Notes: generated from the sequence alone by a model not told the origin. A stretch of DNA of 64,000 nucleotides from Tubiluchus corallicola (GCA_030141605.1 JAQGDQ010000283.1:124001-188000); one strand, 5' to 3'. Positions 12,910 through 26,707 are shown, counted from the stretch's first letter. Numbers and translations are program-made.

Positions 12910-14690
12910 GCTTTTTCTGTGGTGTTGCTGTTGCAGTCGTCGTCGTCGTTGCTGTTGTTCTTTTTTTCTGTGTTACTGTATCAGGCATCGTTTTAAATAG
13001 GTCAAAAATCTTGAAAGGAGCTTTCAATCCTATAGGCCTGACTTGCCATATTTACAATAATTGTCTTCATTATAATAAGCACATTTTATGTACCACGACT
13101 GGCTTAATATGTACCCACACACAGTGTATCTAGAAAAGCGTCCTCTTTTCTTCAACATGGAGCCAATGAGTTCAACATAAGATTTGCCTCCTCCCATAAA
13201 CCAGATGTCATTCGGCTCGTCGGTTACAAGGCCTAAAATACAGAATTTATGTATTTGCATTTATTGATATTTGCATTTATGTACAAGCATGTAGTTTACG
13301 TTGTGCCTTGGGAAATGTGTCATTTTTTGTAACCCATACACTTTGTAACCCAGGTTCTCAAATCAAAACTTGGCAACTCGTAATCTAGACACTTGCTAAT
13401 TCAAACATTCGGTAAACGTTTTGAACATTTTGAACTACATGAATGTATTTGCAAAAGCCACTTTATAACATGGGTACGGAAAAAGCCTGAAACTTAGGCA
13501 CTTGGTAACCTGGGTATGTGGTAATCTAGAAATTAGTAACTGAACACTTATAATAACTTTCATACTTGATGTCTATGTAAATGTTTTGTAACATGTATTC
13601 TTGTTAACCAAAATCTACATACTTTTAACATGAGCACATATTACCTCAAACTTATAAGAAACTAACAATAAAACCAAGGGGAAGGAATGTATTCTTTTTA
13701 CCTGAAGATTACTGCTAGTATGTACTGGAAATGTTGATTACTTTAATAAAAATAGTATAAAATTCGTTGATATTGTGGGATGTTCATCAAACTGATGCTA
13801 TTCTTGTTATTGATAATTTGAAACTCCGTATAGCACAACTTTTTGAACGTTTAGGTACAAACTCATTATTATCACAACTAGAATGACGTAAAATGTATTT
13901 CGTAGGTTGTAACTAATCTCGCCTCACATAAGAATTTGTAGGTTGAAACATGGCAAATACAGTCGTTTCCATGCGCCCAATATCATAAGAGACAAACCAT
14001 TATTGAACCCTGACCTGTAGATGTCCATTACTAAGTATCCCAGTCACCAAATCAATTATTTTGTTATCAAGTTTCTGGGTTACAAATCTTTAAACTACCA
14101 AATGTCCTAGTTACAAATACCTGAACACATTTACCACGTGTCCAGTGGTGATTTAAGTTATTCAAATATTGCTAAACTACACAAATTTTTTATTGTAGTC
14201 TCCATTCTGTAAGAAGGTCCTGAAAAGGAAGTTAATCCAAATGATTGATTGAAACTTTAACACGAATGTCTACTCGTTATCGTAAAATAAAATGAACATA
14301 ATACAGCGATACCAACCAAAATTTAATTTACCACTCACAAAATGACGATTTTTTTAGTCACACCAAAATTTACCATTACTCTGAAGTCATCAACAGCAAA
14401 TGTTGATTATTACCACAATATCCTGTATGAACATTTCTCTAAAACACGCCGTGATATTTAGTTGAAACCGAAAATCTGCATACTAATAAGTTAACAGGTT
14501 CCACGATAAAATATTAATGTTAATTACCAAAATATATTGCTTAAATTTTTTTACACAAAAAGCATCAAAGACTTTAACTGCAAATAGTTAGTCATAATTA
14601 CTTACTCTCGTTAACATTATTCTCGGACCAAGGCGCAGCAGCTATTAAAACAGGTATCGCTAAGAGAAATGACAATTTCCCGATGTTCAT
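7644..14690 (-). CDS. Secreted pentraxin-domain protein, paralog A, with poly-Asp C-terminal tail (about 332 aa)
   Basis: Exons 14690-14606 (signal peptide MNIGKLSFLLAIPVLIAAA), 13232-13115, 12454-12323, 11814-11676, 8850-8572 and 7889-7644; all GT-AG, phases consistent, 999 nt. Pentraxin hallmarks YTVCGCYK, CDGHWHNICSTY, YVDCG, LGGVFD..FKG..GFNMYE and C..C....GDIISW. A probable non-coding exon ends at 15345. Confidence 0.88.
8043..8297. mobile_element. MITE (PIF/Harbinger-like TIRs) in intron 5 of paralog A
   Basis: Left end gttcagactagcgagttttctcgc is inverted at the right end (gcgacagaaagctcgctagtttgaa), with internal subrepeats. Superfamily assignment is tentative. Confidence 0.55.
9380..10740 (+). 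mobile_element. Decayed non-LTR retrotransposon (LINE) RT and C-terminal fragment in intron 4 of paralog A
   Basis: Translates, with stops and frameshifts, to GLKQGSVLSPDLF*IFVND, NSLLYADDIVL, RSIITYGTDVWG, VRAEMG, KLRIY and SAHKLYI. Absent from the matching intron of paralog B. Confidence 0.85.
11005..11200. mobile_element. Palindromic Penelope-type terminal remnant carrying two degenerate minimal hammerhead motifs
   Basis: Arms 11025-11095 and 11106-11176 are inverted around a 10-nt spacer; both read (c/t)(t/c)gaNNa-t(g/a)ggcgaagtt..c-gaaa-NN-tN-tcaa. Confidence 0.6.
11980..12170. repeat. GA-rich low-complexity tract (intron 3, paralog A)
   Basis: Direct inspection; explains the spurious R/E/K-rich and L/S-rich ORFs. 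Confidence 0.9.
12839..12960. repeat. (TTG)n microsatellite (intron 2, paralog A)
   Basis: Direct inspection; a degenerate counterpart lies at 27540-27652 in paralog B. Confidence 0.95.
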
Positions 14691-15553
14691 TGTTCAGACT
14701 TATTCTGCAAAGATTCCTTCAGTGCGTTAATTCTGAAATAACTGAAGCCAAAAAATTGATAAAATTTGTATACTGTAAAATAAAGATCATGGAACCGTTA
14801 CAAGGAAGCTAAATATAAAAAAGTAGACACGCAAAAAACAAAGTCGCACATTTATTAACACCAGTAGAAATAGGAAAGTGCGAATATTAAGTTAATTGTT
14901 AATAAGGTAATTCACACACATGTGAATCAGACGGTAGCCTGAAGTATGTAATATAGCAATGATAGTTTCAATTACAGTGGAGATAGCTTCGTGACTAAAG
15001 GCAGTCTTGAGGAAGCAAGCCTTATTTATATGTATAAGGTTGTGCAAAATGTACCACTGGCAAAATAATCTTGAAAATACGATATTCCTTTTTTTTATAA
15101 AAATAGATGTAATGTGAAATAATCATAATGTGAAAAAAATAAGACGGAATTCAATGAAAGAGAGAAAATTCAAATTCCATCAGGTTTCATCGCACAGCAA
15201 TAACTGTACAATGCAAAAAAGAAAAACAGAAATTGACGCAAACATGGTGTTGGAAACAAATGCACCTGCTAACAAAGTATGGTAAAAAAGAAACAAATTT
15301 CAATGGAGCTGTGATTAATAAAGGAAAATACAACGTATACTTACCAACAGCTGCACGCAGAATAAAGTTTCACGGTCAAGCAGCTTAAACCTATTTGAAA
15401 AATTCATTAGTTTGCTTGATTCAATACTTAATTATATAACTGGTTTACAAAGGGGCATGAAATCATAGAAAAAAGTAATGTGCATTATGGGGACATAGAT
15501 ATAAAAAGATTAAGTTAACGCATGCAAAAAACTCTAATATTGAAAGATACATA

Positions 15554-15651
15554 TGGAAATCCACTAAAAACAAGAAGCTGAAGAAGGTGTACTATACAGG
15601 TAAAACGCAGAAATTTCTGGCACTTTCGTTGATGCCACAAATTTCCGGATT
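15554..15651 (-). promoter_or_regulatory. Conserved upstream block of paralog A (counterpart 34517-34611 in B)
   Basis: 26-nt and 44-nt blocks are identical between duplicates whose flanks are clearly diverged; about 200-300 bp upstream of the putative non-coding first exon; kB-like gg(a/g)aatccac and aaatttcc motifs. Confidence 0.5.
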
Positions 15652-15959
15652 AGGCCTGTACCGTAGTCCTTGTTAAGACAGTTTCTTGACCTCTTTTATA
15701 TGGTTCAAAATAACCTTCAAGTCTTTTAACTGTGCCGATTACAATATTAACTAAAATTTGTGATTTCCAAATGACATTAAAAATAAGGGTGTCTTTGTAG
15801 GACATTTCAAAAACCAATTTACACGTATGTTTCCAAATTAGTGCACTGAAGGAATTTGAATAACAAACAGCGTACACTACACATAAAGTTTTTCCTCGTC
15901 ATGTAACCTTGGATTTATTCTGTCGCAGTCACTTAGGAAGCAAACATACAGGACGTATA

Positions 15960-16270
15960 CGCAGTGGGCAGTTGGGCAGTGGACATCGAAATTTTGGGAA
16001 GTGGACATTTAGTCAGCGAACACTTGGACAGTAGACAGTTGGACAATGGGCACTTAGGCAGTGAGACTTCGGCAGTGGACAATTTCACAGTTGACAGTTG
16101 AGCGGTAGACACTATGCAATGGCACTTGGGCATTTAACACTTTCGCAGTGGACATGCAGGCAGACACTTGGACGGTTGTGCAACAGTCAGACAGTAGACT
16201 GTTAGGTGCTGGACATTTTGGGAGTGACACTTGTGCAATAGACATTTAGTTGCCGACTTTGGACAGCAGA
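15960..16270. repeat. Degenerate 15-bp-period minisatellite (cagtggacacttgg core); paralogous copy at 34960-35210
   Basis: Recurring cagtggaca/ttggaca motifs in both duplicated blocks. Confidence 0.75.
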
Positions 16271-16419
16271 ACCAATTTGTTTATCTTTCTGTTTTAAAGG
16301 TCTGCCTACCTACCTTCCCCCTACTTTCTTGGCCATTTACCAGTCTACACACCTACCAACATAGAAACAAGTTTTCCAACTATCTTGTTTAGGAAACAAA
16401 GAGTTTAAGATTCCAGTTG

Positions 16420-17030
16420 ATAATGTTGACAGTCACTATTTTAAAAAGTGATTACATATTCACTAGCAATCACTCTAGTTTCTTGCCCTTAGCTTCTGGG
16501 AATATTATTATTCCCACATATACTAAGCAACACCCTTTAGTGCCTTTTTTATCCTCAGAAATCCGCACACTTCCGGTACCTCATTATTTTTTTATAACTG
16601 ATTATTATTCTCAATGGCCATACTCCCCAGATCATCATTAGTCCTCAATAACCTGTAGACATTTTCTATTTCATCATGCATCTTAACGTTTCTTTTTGCC
16701 AACCTTCTATTTCTTCATAATTTGTCCACTCCTCCATATTGAATATTAAGCTAGATTTCATTGTTGTTGAGGTGCAATAACCACCTTATTGTTATAGCTT
16801 CAGTTCCTACAGTATCCAACCTACTCCAGTTCGTAATTTCTGATATCACTCTACTTTTTTACTTCTTTTATCAATAGACAGATTATAACTTCCTGTTTCA
16901 TTAATATACACACATAAATATTTATAGTAGGTAACTCTTTTCATCTTTCCTTTCTTAATGTAAATCTTACACTCATCAACACTTTCATCTGCCTCAGCAT
17001 TTTGTTTGACTGTGCGTTTATTATTGTGTA
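16420..17030 (-). mobile_element. Highly decayed LINE fragment
   Basis: Minus strand gives VTYYKYLCVYINETG (RT YKYLG motif) and MKSSLIFNMEEW; a related remnant lies near 42850-42920. Confidence 0.5.
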
Positions 17031-18349
17031 CTTTTCTTCTCTCGAACTTCGAACTCTAAGCACATGCCAGTTAGGTCGTAGATATTATGATAATTACTAC
17101 AATTTGTATAATTTAAAAATTGGAAGAAGATGTCATGTTACTGGTGCAGAAAAAAGGTTTCGAGGGACCACATTGACCATATAGTCCGTTACCAATAATC
17201 TTAACTTGAAATCTACGCAAAACATATTGATTGAAAATAAAATACCCTGTTCCTGCATTTACATGCTAAGGAGCCGGAATGCCTTTTGTGCTCTCTGCGG
17301 AGCAATATGCAAACGTGAACTGACCACGTATGAACATATGAACAAGTGAAATGAACAATAAACTTCCTAACTGCCCTACGCTAGTATAGTGGTCAAACTG
17401 GTACATATGTTTAATTCCTGCATAGTGATCACATGGTTTGTTTAGTTCTTTTTAGTATTTGTTAATACTTACTAACCATTTTTTGTATATAAAATTTTAT
17501 TATTAGAAAACTTTGTGCTAGATAAAAAAAACTAAGTTTTTATTTCGTTGCTGGCAAATCTTAGAGCAAAAGATGTAATGTAGAGCAATCATAATTGACA
17601 CAAAGTTTTTTGTGCCTGATTGTTTGTTTACAATATTTGTATTTTAACCTTCAGTTAAGTGCATACAATGTATATGCAAACTGTTGGACTGATACCAGCC
17701 ATTAATCTACAAAGCACATTTACTGGAACGCGTTACCGACTGCTAAGGTTAAAACATCATAAATGACGTGTTAAATTTATTTTATAGATATGCTATTGAC
17801 GCAGAAATCGGCAAATGTTGTAAAGGTCATTTGAAGGACGTACAGTTCACCTTTAGTTGTTGCAGGTAGATTTATTTGCCCATAAACTGAAAAACATGCT
17901 TTGTCAACTGATTATTCATTCAGAAAACGTTTGTCTTATGAATCAATAATATGCTCTTCATAATAAAGAAGTAATGTGCGTATTTTATTGATTTCTTTAT
18001 TTCAGTAAACATTAGGAATGTGCAAAAGTAATTAACGATAAGGAACAGCAGATTTGATGGCTCTTAAGGCCTTAACTTTTATTTCTTCGGCAAATTTTAT
18101 TTGTCTTTTATTGCTGGTATATACTAATGATGATGGAAATTAACAGAAAAACATTTAAAATTAAACTTTAATTTGTGGTATGAAACGTTAAATAGGTGTA
18201 AATTAACACAAAAGCTTGATAGTTTAGGCTAGAACTCTTTATGTCAACATTCTCACATGCCTGCATACTGATATTTCAGTGAATTTAGCTTTAAGATGTT
18301 TTTCATTTTTATAGTATTGTTGTAGATGATGATCTATTCTGAGAAAACT

Positions 18350-18438
18350 ATGCACGAGGTGAATAACACTCATTCAGAAAACTCGGGTCAGCAGACATTG
18401 CAAACTTCTTCTGCTCGACAGCTTCGGCAGCAGTTAAG
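18350..18438 (+). pseudogene. TMEM33: Orphan, frameshifted duplicate of the TMEM33 first coding exon
   Basis: MHEVNNTHSENSGQQTLQTSS aligns with MSEADNTHSGSGQQTSQTAS at 44876; same gcagcagttaag|gtc donor but 89 nt versus 84 nt; no downstream TMEM33 exons follow. Confidence 0.85.
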
Positions 18439-18570
18439 GTCGGTACCACAACTAACAGTTATTGTATTTGTCTTGTCCCCTTGGTTGAAGCCAACAAATG
18501 ATTTATTAACTTTCTGCTAGAGATATATTAATGTGAAGGCTCAAGATAATTATTTAAACTTCTTTGTGCT

Positions 18571-18575
<5 letters not shown>

Positions 18576-18641
<66 letters not shown>
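18576..18641. repeat. (CA)n microsatellite
   Basis: Direct inspection. Confidence 0.95.
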
Positions 18642-18650
<9 letters not shown>

Positions 18651-19069
18651 AACTGCTTCCAAAAATATGTTTTAGATATTTGTACAAAATAAAACGTTAT
18701 TACATTCGTGATATCAATGCATTAAGTCCGAACTGTTACTTGCTCTAGGAAATAGCTTTATGAATGGAAGCAATTATTTAACGTTTTACTGCATAAAGTC
18801 TTGCAAGCCTAGTAAGTCACGGTTCCTGGAAAAACAGCTATTCTATGATATGATAAAGGGCAATAGGTATAACTGTTTTTTCTGTCTTAACTGTGCACAG
18901 ATATTAATTATGTATTGTAGTATGTCACCTGTTATTACACTTAATATGGTGTTTCTTTACAGATAAAATCGTGCACTAACCCATCATGTGACGTCTAACG
19001 TAACAAGTCGACTATGTATATATATCATCGTTTTAATCCTTTGTTGATTGTTTTATTTTATCACAGCTA

Positions 19070-20300
19070 GAACCAACATGTCGATATGACTCCAAAACGA
19101 AACAAAATGTAGAGAACATTTAAAGAAAGACTTGCCAGATGACTTCTCTTGCATTCTCCATACAACAGAGCAGGCGCCACAAAACACTGCATACTAGACT
19201 ACTTATACCTATAGATGCCAAACCTGTTACCTGGAATCAGCAGTTCACAAAATCAATAGTTTTTTCTACTTCTTCCCAGAGATCAATAATTCCAGTATAT
19301 TCAACACGTGATAATTCCAGCCTTTTTGGCTGTTAATGATGGTACAATGCTGCCAAGAGTTGACATTCGATCGTCGCAGCACGTCTTCGTCAAGCATTTC
19401 TTTAAAACAATTTCTCGGCCTTTTCATTAGACACTGGACAGTCTTATGACGCTTATTGGAATTCCTTTCGTGTTGTTCGTTTCCTTGTGCAAACTGGAAT
19501 CATGTCTTCTCACCTAATGCTTCTGAAAAGCTGTTAATGAAATCTCTCAATGGCTTAAATCGGTTCAATTGAGTTAAAGTGACCTTCAGCTTAAGCGAAA
19601 CACCAACCTTGGTTCACTCTCGCGTGTGCTGGTACTAGCGCTCATGAAAACAATTTTTAAAATTTGTGTAAGCAGATCACAGATGAGTCATAGTGATTAT
19701 TTCACGAAGCTGGGACCAAATGTAAAAAGACTGAGTACTACAAAGCTAAACAATGCAAAATCAGTCTACAGCTTAATTACCAACCAACCACTACTCCACA
19801 AACTTCAATAATATGGATCTCCAAAAAGACAGTATAGTTGACATAGATTGTAGTACACTGTGTCATATCACCACAACAAATACAGATTTACTTGTTTATA
19901 CGTCTTTTTGTGTTCGAAATTGCGAAATCGATGCTGGCGTTCCTCACGGTTTTGTAATAGCACCTACCATGTTTTTACCATTGACTTACCAGACTGTGTG
20001 CTCTCTAAGCTTACTATCTACACTGCTCATACTACTCTATGTAATGATCACAATGTCCTACTTGACAACTCCCGATTAGAAACATCTTACATATTTATTA
20101 AAATTACGAAAAGGAACAATTTATACTAGTATTTAAACATCAATTTTAGTACACGTCTTATTATTTGAGTTATCAATTGCAAATTTTAAATTTCTAGTAA
20201 TAATTTTCTAAAATCACCAGGTGTTCGGGACTATTTTTAAGTGATTTGTCAGCCAGGACCTAAGTGAGCGGGACAACATGTGTTTTTATTTCTTTTTTCT
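19070..20300 (+). mobile_element. Decayed CR1/Jockey-group LINE fragment
   Basis: PWFTLACA near 19608 and IDAGVPHGFVIAPTMFL near 19927 (RT motif GVPQGSVLxP); boundaries approximate. Confidence 0.6.
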
Positions 20301-20594
20301 GAATCTCATCCTACAATTTTTGAGCTAGGGCCACGATTTTTGAATGATTAGGTGATATCGAGATCTTGTACACGGGTGAATAGGGGCCAATTAAATGTGA
20401 GAATATTTTTTGTAGGAGGCAAATGCCGAATCTGTGGATCGAGAACGCCAATGCTTCTAGTGCCGAGTAACAGATTGTAGAAACTGTTGTATTAGCTAAA
20501 AATACCAAATAAATAAATACGATATAAAAGTGTGTATGCTTTGTAATTTAAAAAAACACGTAACCAGGGTTGCAACGTTCTTTTATCTGTAACA

Positions 20595-20822
20595 CAGGGG
20601 CGGAACTAGGAGCGAAGGGGGGGGGCGCCCCCCCCCCCCTGAAAAATCGGACAAATAATTTTTGTTGCAGTGAAAATTGCAGTTCGCATGTAATCATTTT
20701 CAATATGAATTAGAATTAGGTAAAAAAATTAACCATTATTTAACCACTTCGGATACCTCACCCCCCCCCCAGAAAATTTTTGCGCCCCCCCCCCCTGCTT
20801 GCCACATCTAGTTCCGGCCCTG
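20595..20822. mobile_element. 228-bp hAT-superfamily MITE
   Basis: TIRs CAGGGGCGGAACTAG and CTAGTTCCGGCCCTG (14/15 match); perfect 8-bp target-site duplication CTGTAACA at 20587-20594 and 20823-20830. Confidence 0.93.
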
Positions 20823-21899
20823 CTGTAACAATGTTTCTTTTTTGTTTTCATAGGTGCACGAAATCAAATGCGTGCTGCTGGCGTCATTAAAAATTTTATA
20901 GTTGTCCTGCATACTCTATTTCTGCTGTTCATCTTGCTACTCATATGACTTCAATGACTCTGTGTTGTACCCAGCATTACTTTTCACAATGTTCAGTTCA
21001 ACAATTCCTGACTAGACGCGTCTCATAATGCTTAAAAGGGAAGGAAAGAGAATTTTAAAGTAACATATGATGTCCAAATGAACTTTCCATACAAAGTTAT
21101 ATTACATAGTATTACTCTTACTCGTTTGAAAGACTAATGTAACTGTTAAAGAAAGTTCTTACAATTTAAAATATTTACTCCACTGAGTCTGACTCACCAA
21201 AATTGCATTGACCTACCGTCCCAGTCTGCACCACTGAGTTACCAAAAATCCATTATTGATCTAATTGGCAGTATAAAGTAATTTAAACTTTTGCTTAGTT
21301 AATTTTTAATTTTGTTTATTTTTTCAAATTTTACGCAGTGTTATCTAAACTTGTTTCAAAACGACTTACCATTAAGACGAATGCATTTAGCAGTCATGGC
21401 AGAAATTTAATTTTGGCAAATAAAGATTATTATATTATATATACTAGTTTTATACAGCGTTACTGCTAACGTAAGCTCTGTATGCAAGACGACAGCACGC
21501 AAGTGATTAAATTTTCAAGACGAATCTTTCAACTTTTACCTATGAAGAGCGGCTTTGTCCTTTAAAAGAGATCGTGAACTAGGGTCGAGATTTTTTTGCC
21601 AATTTTAGGGCAAAAAAGACAAACCTTGCAGCCTTTTCTCGTTCTTTTAGTGCTCTCTTCCGACCAGTGTTGCTTAGCTTTGACTGTTTAGATCTCAGAT
21701 TACACAAATATGTTTAGAAATGGCCAGAAATATATCAAAAAGCGCAGTTGTCATATACGGAAAAATACATCGTAACTTACGACGCCATATGCTAACTACA
21801 AATCGGTTATCTGAATCACAGTAATGTAGTAATATCCGGGCCGGTGTCTAAACCTAATCTACCTGACCAGTTATAAAATTATTTTTATTTATTTATTTA

Positions 21900-22520
21900 T
21901 TCTATTTTATTTTATTCACACCCAATAATAAAATACAATCCATAATAAAAGCAATATATATAACACGCGTTAACAAACGTACAAATACAATATTTACAAG
22001 AGTGTGGTAAAGGCACAAAGAGATTTAAACTGCTTACATGTGTCTATTGTGTACAAGGAATTTATGCAAGTTAACTTTATTTAAGCGGCTTTTAAATGAC
22101 ATAATATTTTGCGCATTTACGAGGGGTGCACCATCGACATCTACAGGCAATGAGTTCCAAATCAGCACAACTCGATTCGAGAAAAATTGACCAAATGATA
22201 CTTTAGCATACCTTAGTTCTATCGCTAGATACACGGGTAAAACTATCAAAATTAACATAAACTTCTCTATGAATAATTTGATAGCATAAAGCTAAATCTT
22301 TTTGAATGCGCCTCTCTTCTATAGACTTTAGATTTAGAAGCTCCAGCCGCTTAGGATATGGCATATACATTAAATTATATCTAAAAACAGGCGACGAGTT
22401 AAGTATCGCTGTACACTTTCAATATGATCAACATTACCAAATAAAGCTGGATTTCAGACTGGCGAGCAATACTCTACAATAGGTCTTATGGAAACTTATT
22501 TGCCAATCTGGTATGGTCTG
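21900..22520 (-). mobile_element. CR1-type LINE 3' fragment
   Basis: RPIVEYCSPV*NP, HIESVQRY and FFSNRVVLIWNSLP...SFKSRL; followed by an A-rich tail on the minus strand near 21880-21915. Confidence 0.85.
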
Positions 22521-24405
22521 ACTTAGATTGAACTATGCGTTAGAAAATAATTCGTTGCTTATTGGACTCTGTCGATACATGTTTCGTTATCACTACTTCT
22601 GTGTAGTTTCTCATCTTTTCCGTATTTGTTTCCGATATTTAGCTCAATGTACTCGTTAGTCTCGTTTTGTCTGTGCTTCTTATTTGCATTTATAGTCATA
22701 ATGGACGAACAAGTCTCGTCTAAACCTAGTTTTCTCTCGAGCTTCTTAACTCTAGAAATCCGGAAGTTGTTTCGCTGCTAACTACAACCACGTGTACTTG
22801 CAGAACATCTACAGATATCTCCTATAATATACTAACAAACTAATTATGGGAATGTACTTCTAGTTGTCTGGACAAAATATACAGAATTATTTTTGTGTGT
22901 GGTGACTGATCTGCGCGAAAAATGTTGACAACAAACATCATATACCCACTACATTTATCTTCAAAATGGCGTCAATGGTTGCATTATTTTGAGAATTTGT
23001 TCTTTTATATTGTTGCGAATAAAGCCTTGTGTCGTCGCTCAGGCTAAATAAAACTGTGTGCCACCATTTTGCTAGATTTGCCAATTTTTAATTGAAAAGT
23101 TTGAAAAATCAGTATTCAAACAATAAGCCAATGCTCAACCAAATTTATTTATTAAGCCAATACTAGGCACTAAACCCATTATATAATTATAAACAATCAC
23201 AGAAAATTATTAGAAATATGTAGCTAGGTATAGGTAGCCTACACTAAATCAATAGCCTATGCTAAGCCTATCCAATAGTGTTGTAGTTCTATAAAAAGCC
23301 CTACAATCTAATATCCAAAATAGTTTCCATTATTTTACAGATATCTGTATATACGAGATGCCAACGTTATGTTATGAATTAGCAGATGACAAATACAGTT
23401 ACGTTTAAGATAATAAAACTAGTACATTAATAGATGAACGGTCATAAAACAAAAAGAAGTAGTACACAGCTAGTAGTGAACGCTTTAGCGGTAACACCTG
23501 TCCTTGAGCCTATAGTTGATTCTTGGATCAGTTCTGGACATTTATACTAATTTGTAACTGCGGACCCTGTAGATGAAAAATGCAGAAAGAGGGCAGGCTT
23601 GACACCCGGAGGAACTGGCCTGTGACAACTGCCCATGAATCCAAAATTTATTAGTGTTCATAATTAATAAGGTATCCAAATATGTACTCAAATTGAATTT
23701 TTATAGTTCTGCTAATTTATGTGACTTCCTTGGCCATTTCGTACTTACGTAATGCTTTGCCTTTTTTTTGTTTCCTAGATATCATCTGCAGGGCCTACAG
23801 CTACAGATAAGTATAAATATCTGAAATTAATCCAAGAACCTCGCACTTGCTAACCTCGTAATTTTGCCGCACTTGGAGTCTTTATTGCTACACTCATAAT
23901 ACTGCATTTAGTTTATGATATTCAACTATTGTGTAGTTGTTTCGTTATCTTAAAGTGTTATTGTATTTGGCGTCGAGAAATTGTCGCAACGTTTGGTATC
24001 TATAAAATAAAGAAAGCTGTTTTGAAAATCAGATATAATAAGATAATTAGACTGTTTATAGAAGCATCACAATAGTCTATAGGCATGTGTACAGTGACAA
24101 AGATTGTAGGCAACCATTTCGAGCATTTATTATTGCTATTACAGACATAGCCTAATTGCGATTTTAGCACACTCAAGTTACTACAATTTTTTGCCATCAT
24201 CGCTGCAATGCCACCTTACTTTTGAGCAACCACACATGTTACTGCAACAACAGGGTTGTGCATTACTATAATAAAAACTTTTAAATACCATTTACACACT
24301 TCGTTACAGGCATGTGGCATTAAACAATTATTCCTGATATAATTAGCTATCACCACCAGTGTTGTTGATTGAGATGCTGTCCAGGATTAACTGCCGTGCC
24401 CATCT

Positions 24406-26544
24406 TTACACTTCATTGTATCTGAGCTGTCTGTAGTAAGCAGTAGTATCACTCGGGCCTATTTTGAGTAGCTGCAAAACAAATAACAATTAAACACTAG
24501 TCTGGAAATCGAAGCAATAGGTTATTCGCTTGTTGAGGTTTTTTGCCTAACTGCGTGGATATGTACCGTTTTCGTGGGTCCTTTTTAGCAAAAATCTAGG
24601 AATAACTCGTGACATCAAAAATAAAAACTTACTAAAAATTTATTATATGAACATCAAGAACGAGACCAGCACCATGGCAAAGTACACCTCTTTATAGAGT
24701 TACTTCGCACACGAGTAACCCAAAAACCAAAAATATCATAATTAACATGACCAATGTCTATGTGCACAGTCTGTGTATTTTGATTAAAAAATTAGATAAG
24801 GCATAATTCAAAAGATGATGAATACCATAACGATCATACTATGTGAAAATATAGTGTAGGCTTAGTACGTTGAACTTACATCTCCGCGAAGCACTTTTCC
24901 TGCGTCGCTCCAGCTGATAATGTCCCCATCGTTGTAGTTGCATGACATGCAGTGTTCAAGAAGTTTCCTCTCATTCATAATTCCTTCGTACATATTAAAG
25001 CCAGTTCCAAATCCTTTAAAACCCGCATTACGTTGTGTGGAGGCATCAAAGATGCCACCAAGAGATCCAAATACTTCATCATTTGCCACATTTGATAAAT
25101 CAAGCGGTCCTTGCTTGGAATCCCTTTTTACGTCCATCTTCACGGTATATCCACCATACTGAAAGTCATTGAATCTTAAGCCGAACATCGTGTAAATCTC
25201 AATGCTCATTCGAGAAATGATTGACTACTTTTCGTAATGTCGGGCAATGCAAGTAATAACGAATTTTACCTTATTCAGCTTTTTGTCCTTAAATATATAA
25301 ATCTTCACGCGTAATATTAATGGCGTAAAACTAAGATCGGCATGAGCACTGAATACGGACTAAACTAAAAATACACAATAGTTATGACTAATGCAGTTAT
25401 TGCTGATCAATTTAGTAGTTTAAGATTTTGCAAAAAACAGCATTACAAGTAGCGAAAAAGTTTGAAAAGATAAATGTATGTACGTATAATTAAAACTAAA
25501 TGATCATTAGGAAATAAATTTTCTAATAAGGTTCGATTATCTTTTGAAAAAAAACACTGTTTTGTTAGCTAGAAAAGTTGATATCATTATCCTAAGACCT
25601 GGACATGCACCCTGTGCAGCTAACTTTTGCGGAACAAAATCCCGACACGCAGATGTGGAGAGTAATCAGATTTGACTTTTGAGAGCTGTCAGTCTTGATC
25701 AAATGTCGTCTTTAAGTCTTCATCAGCACAAATGTTGGCAAGTCAGGAGTGTCACAAAAGAGGGAACAAAACGAGAAAAGGTAAAAGACGAAGCCTTTTC
25801 TTCTCTTTTCTACTCTTTCTTCCCTAGATTCCCACCACTTCTCTTCCCTCCTCTCTTTTCTCGATTCTCTTCCCTCACTCCTCTCGTCGAGCCGCTTCTC
25901 TTCTCCTTTCTCTCCTTTCCTCTTTTTTCCTCATCATCTCTCTTTTCTTTCTTCTCTTCTCTTCTCTGCTCTCCTCTCTTCTAATCTCCTACTCTCTCCC
26001 CTCCTCTTCCCTCATCTCTTGTTCACTATGTTTGAATCAAACTACCTAGTTCGACACATTTCACATGATCACCTATCATGCCACTAGAATCGTGAATGCC
26101 ATTGGAATACTAACCTCGGCGCCACAGTCAACATAAGCTGCATATACCAGTTTTTTGCGTCTCAGCTTGTAGGTAGCACAAATGTTGTGCCAGCGCCCGT
26201 CACATAAACCTTCGTCTGACTTGTTTCCTGCACGTGGTGGTTCTGTGCTCGGTCTGAGTTATAAAATTACCGTAAATATTGTGACATAATTACACGCAAG
26301 GTCTAAAATTTCTGTAAATTATACAAAGAAAAACGTAAAACAAGAAAGAGAGAAGGGGGCGCAGTTGAATAACTACTATAAAAGCAAGAAAGGGAGGAGG
26401 GAGACGCAGTTCGTTAACTGCGTCTCCCTCCTCCTTTTCTTGCTTATACGTTTTTTCTTTGTTTTTCTCTGTATGATTTAAAAGAGTGCTCTGTAACAGA
26501 AAAGTAAATTAAAGCAAAAAAAACAACCAGGTGAGAAAAGGGGG

Positions 26545-26602
<58 letters not shown>

Positions 26603-26614
26603 AAGAAAGAGAGA

Positions 26615-26707
<93 letters not shown>

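Larger units (their letters stand above)
5210..18750 (+). repeat. Segmental duplication, copy A (pentraxin gene plus TMEM33 5' end)
   Basis: Collinear matches to 22815-46480: 5360-6400/22960-23960, all pentraxin exons, 15558-15860/34521-34830, 17690-18520/44195-45030 and 18716-18745/46450-46479. Boundaries are approximate. Confidence 0.9.

Noticed and set aside
12839-13027. Poly-Gln ORF within paralog A
   Set aside because: Intronic microsatellite; flanking exons join in phase without it.
22560-22780. About 70-codon open frame on the minus strand (ISRVKKLERKLGLDETC...)
   Set aside because: No recognisable domain, no counterpart in the duplicate block, length compatible with chance.
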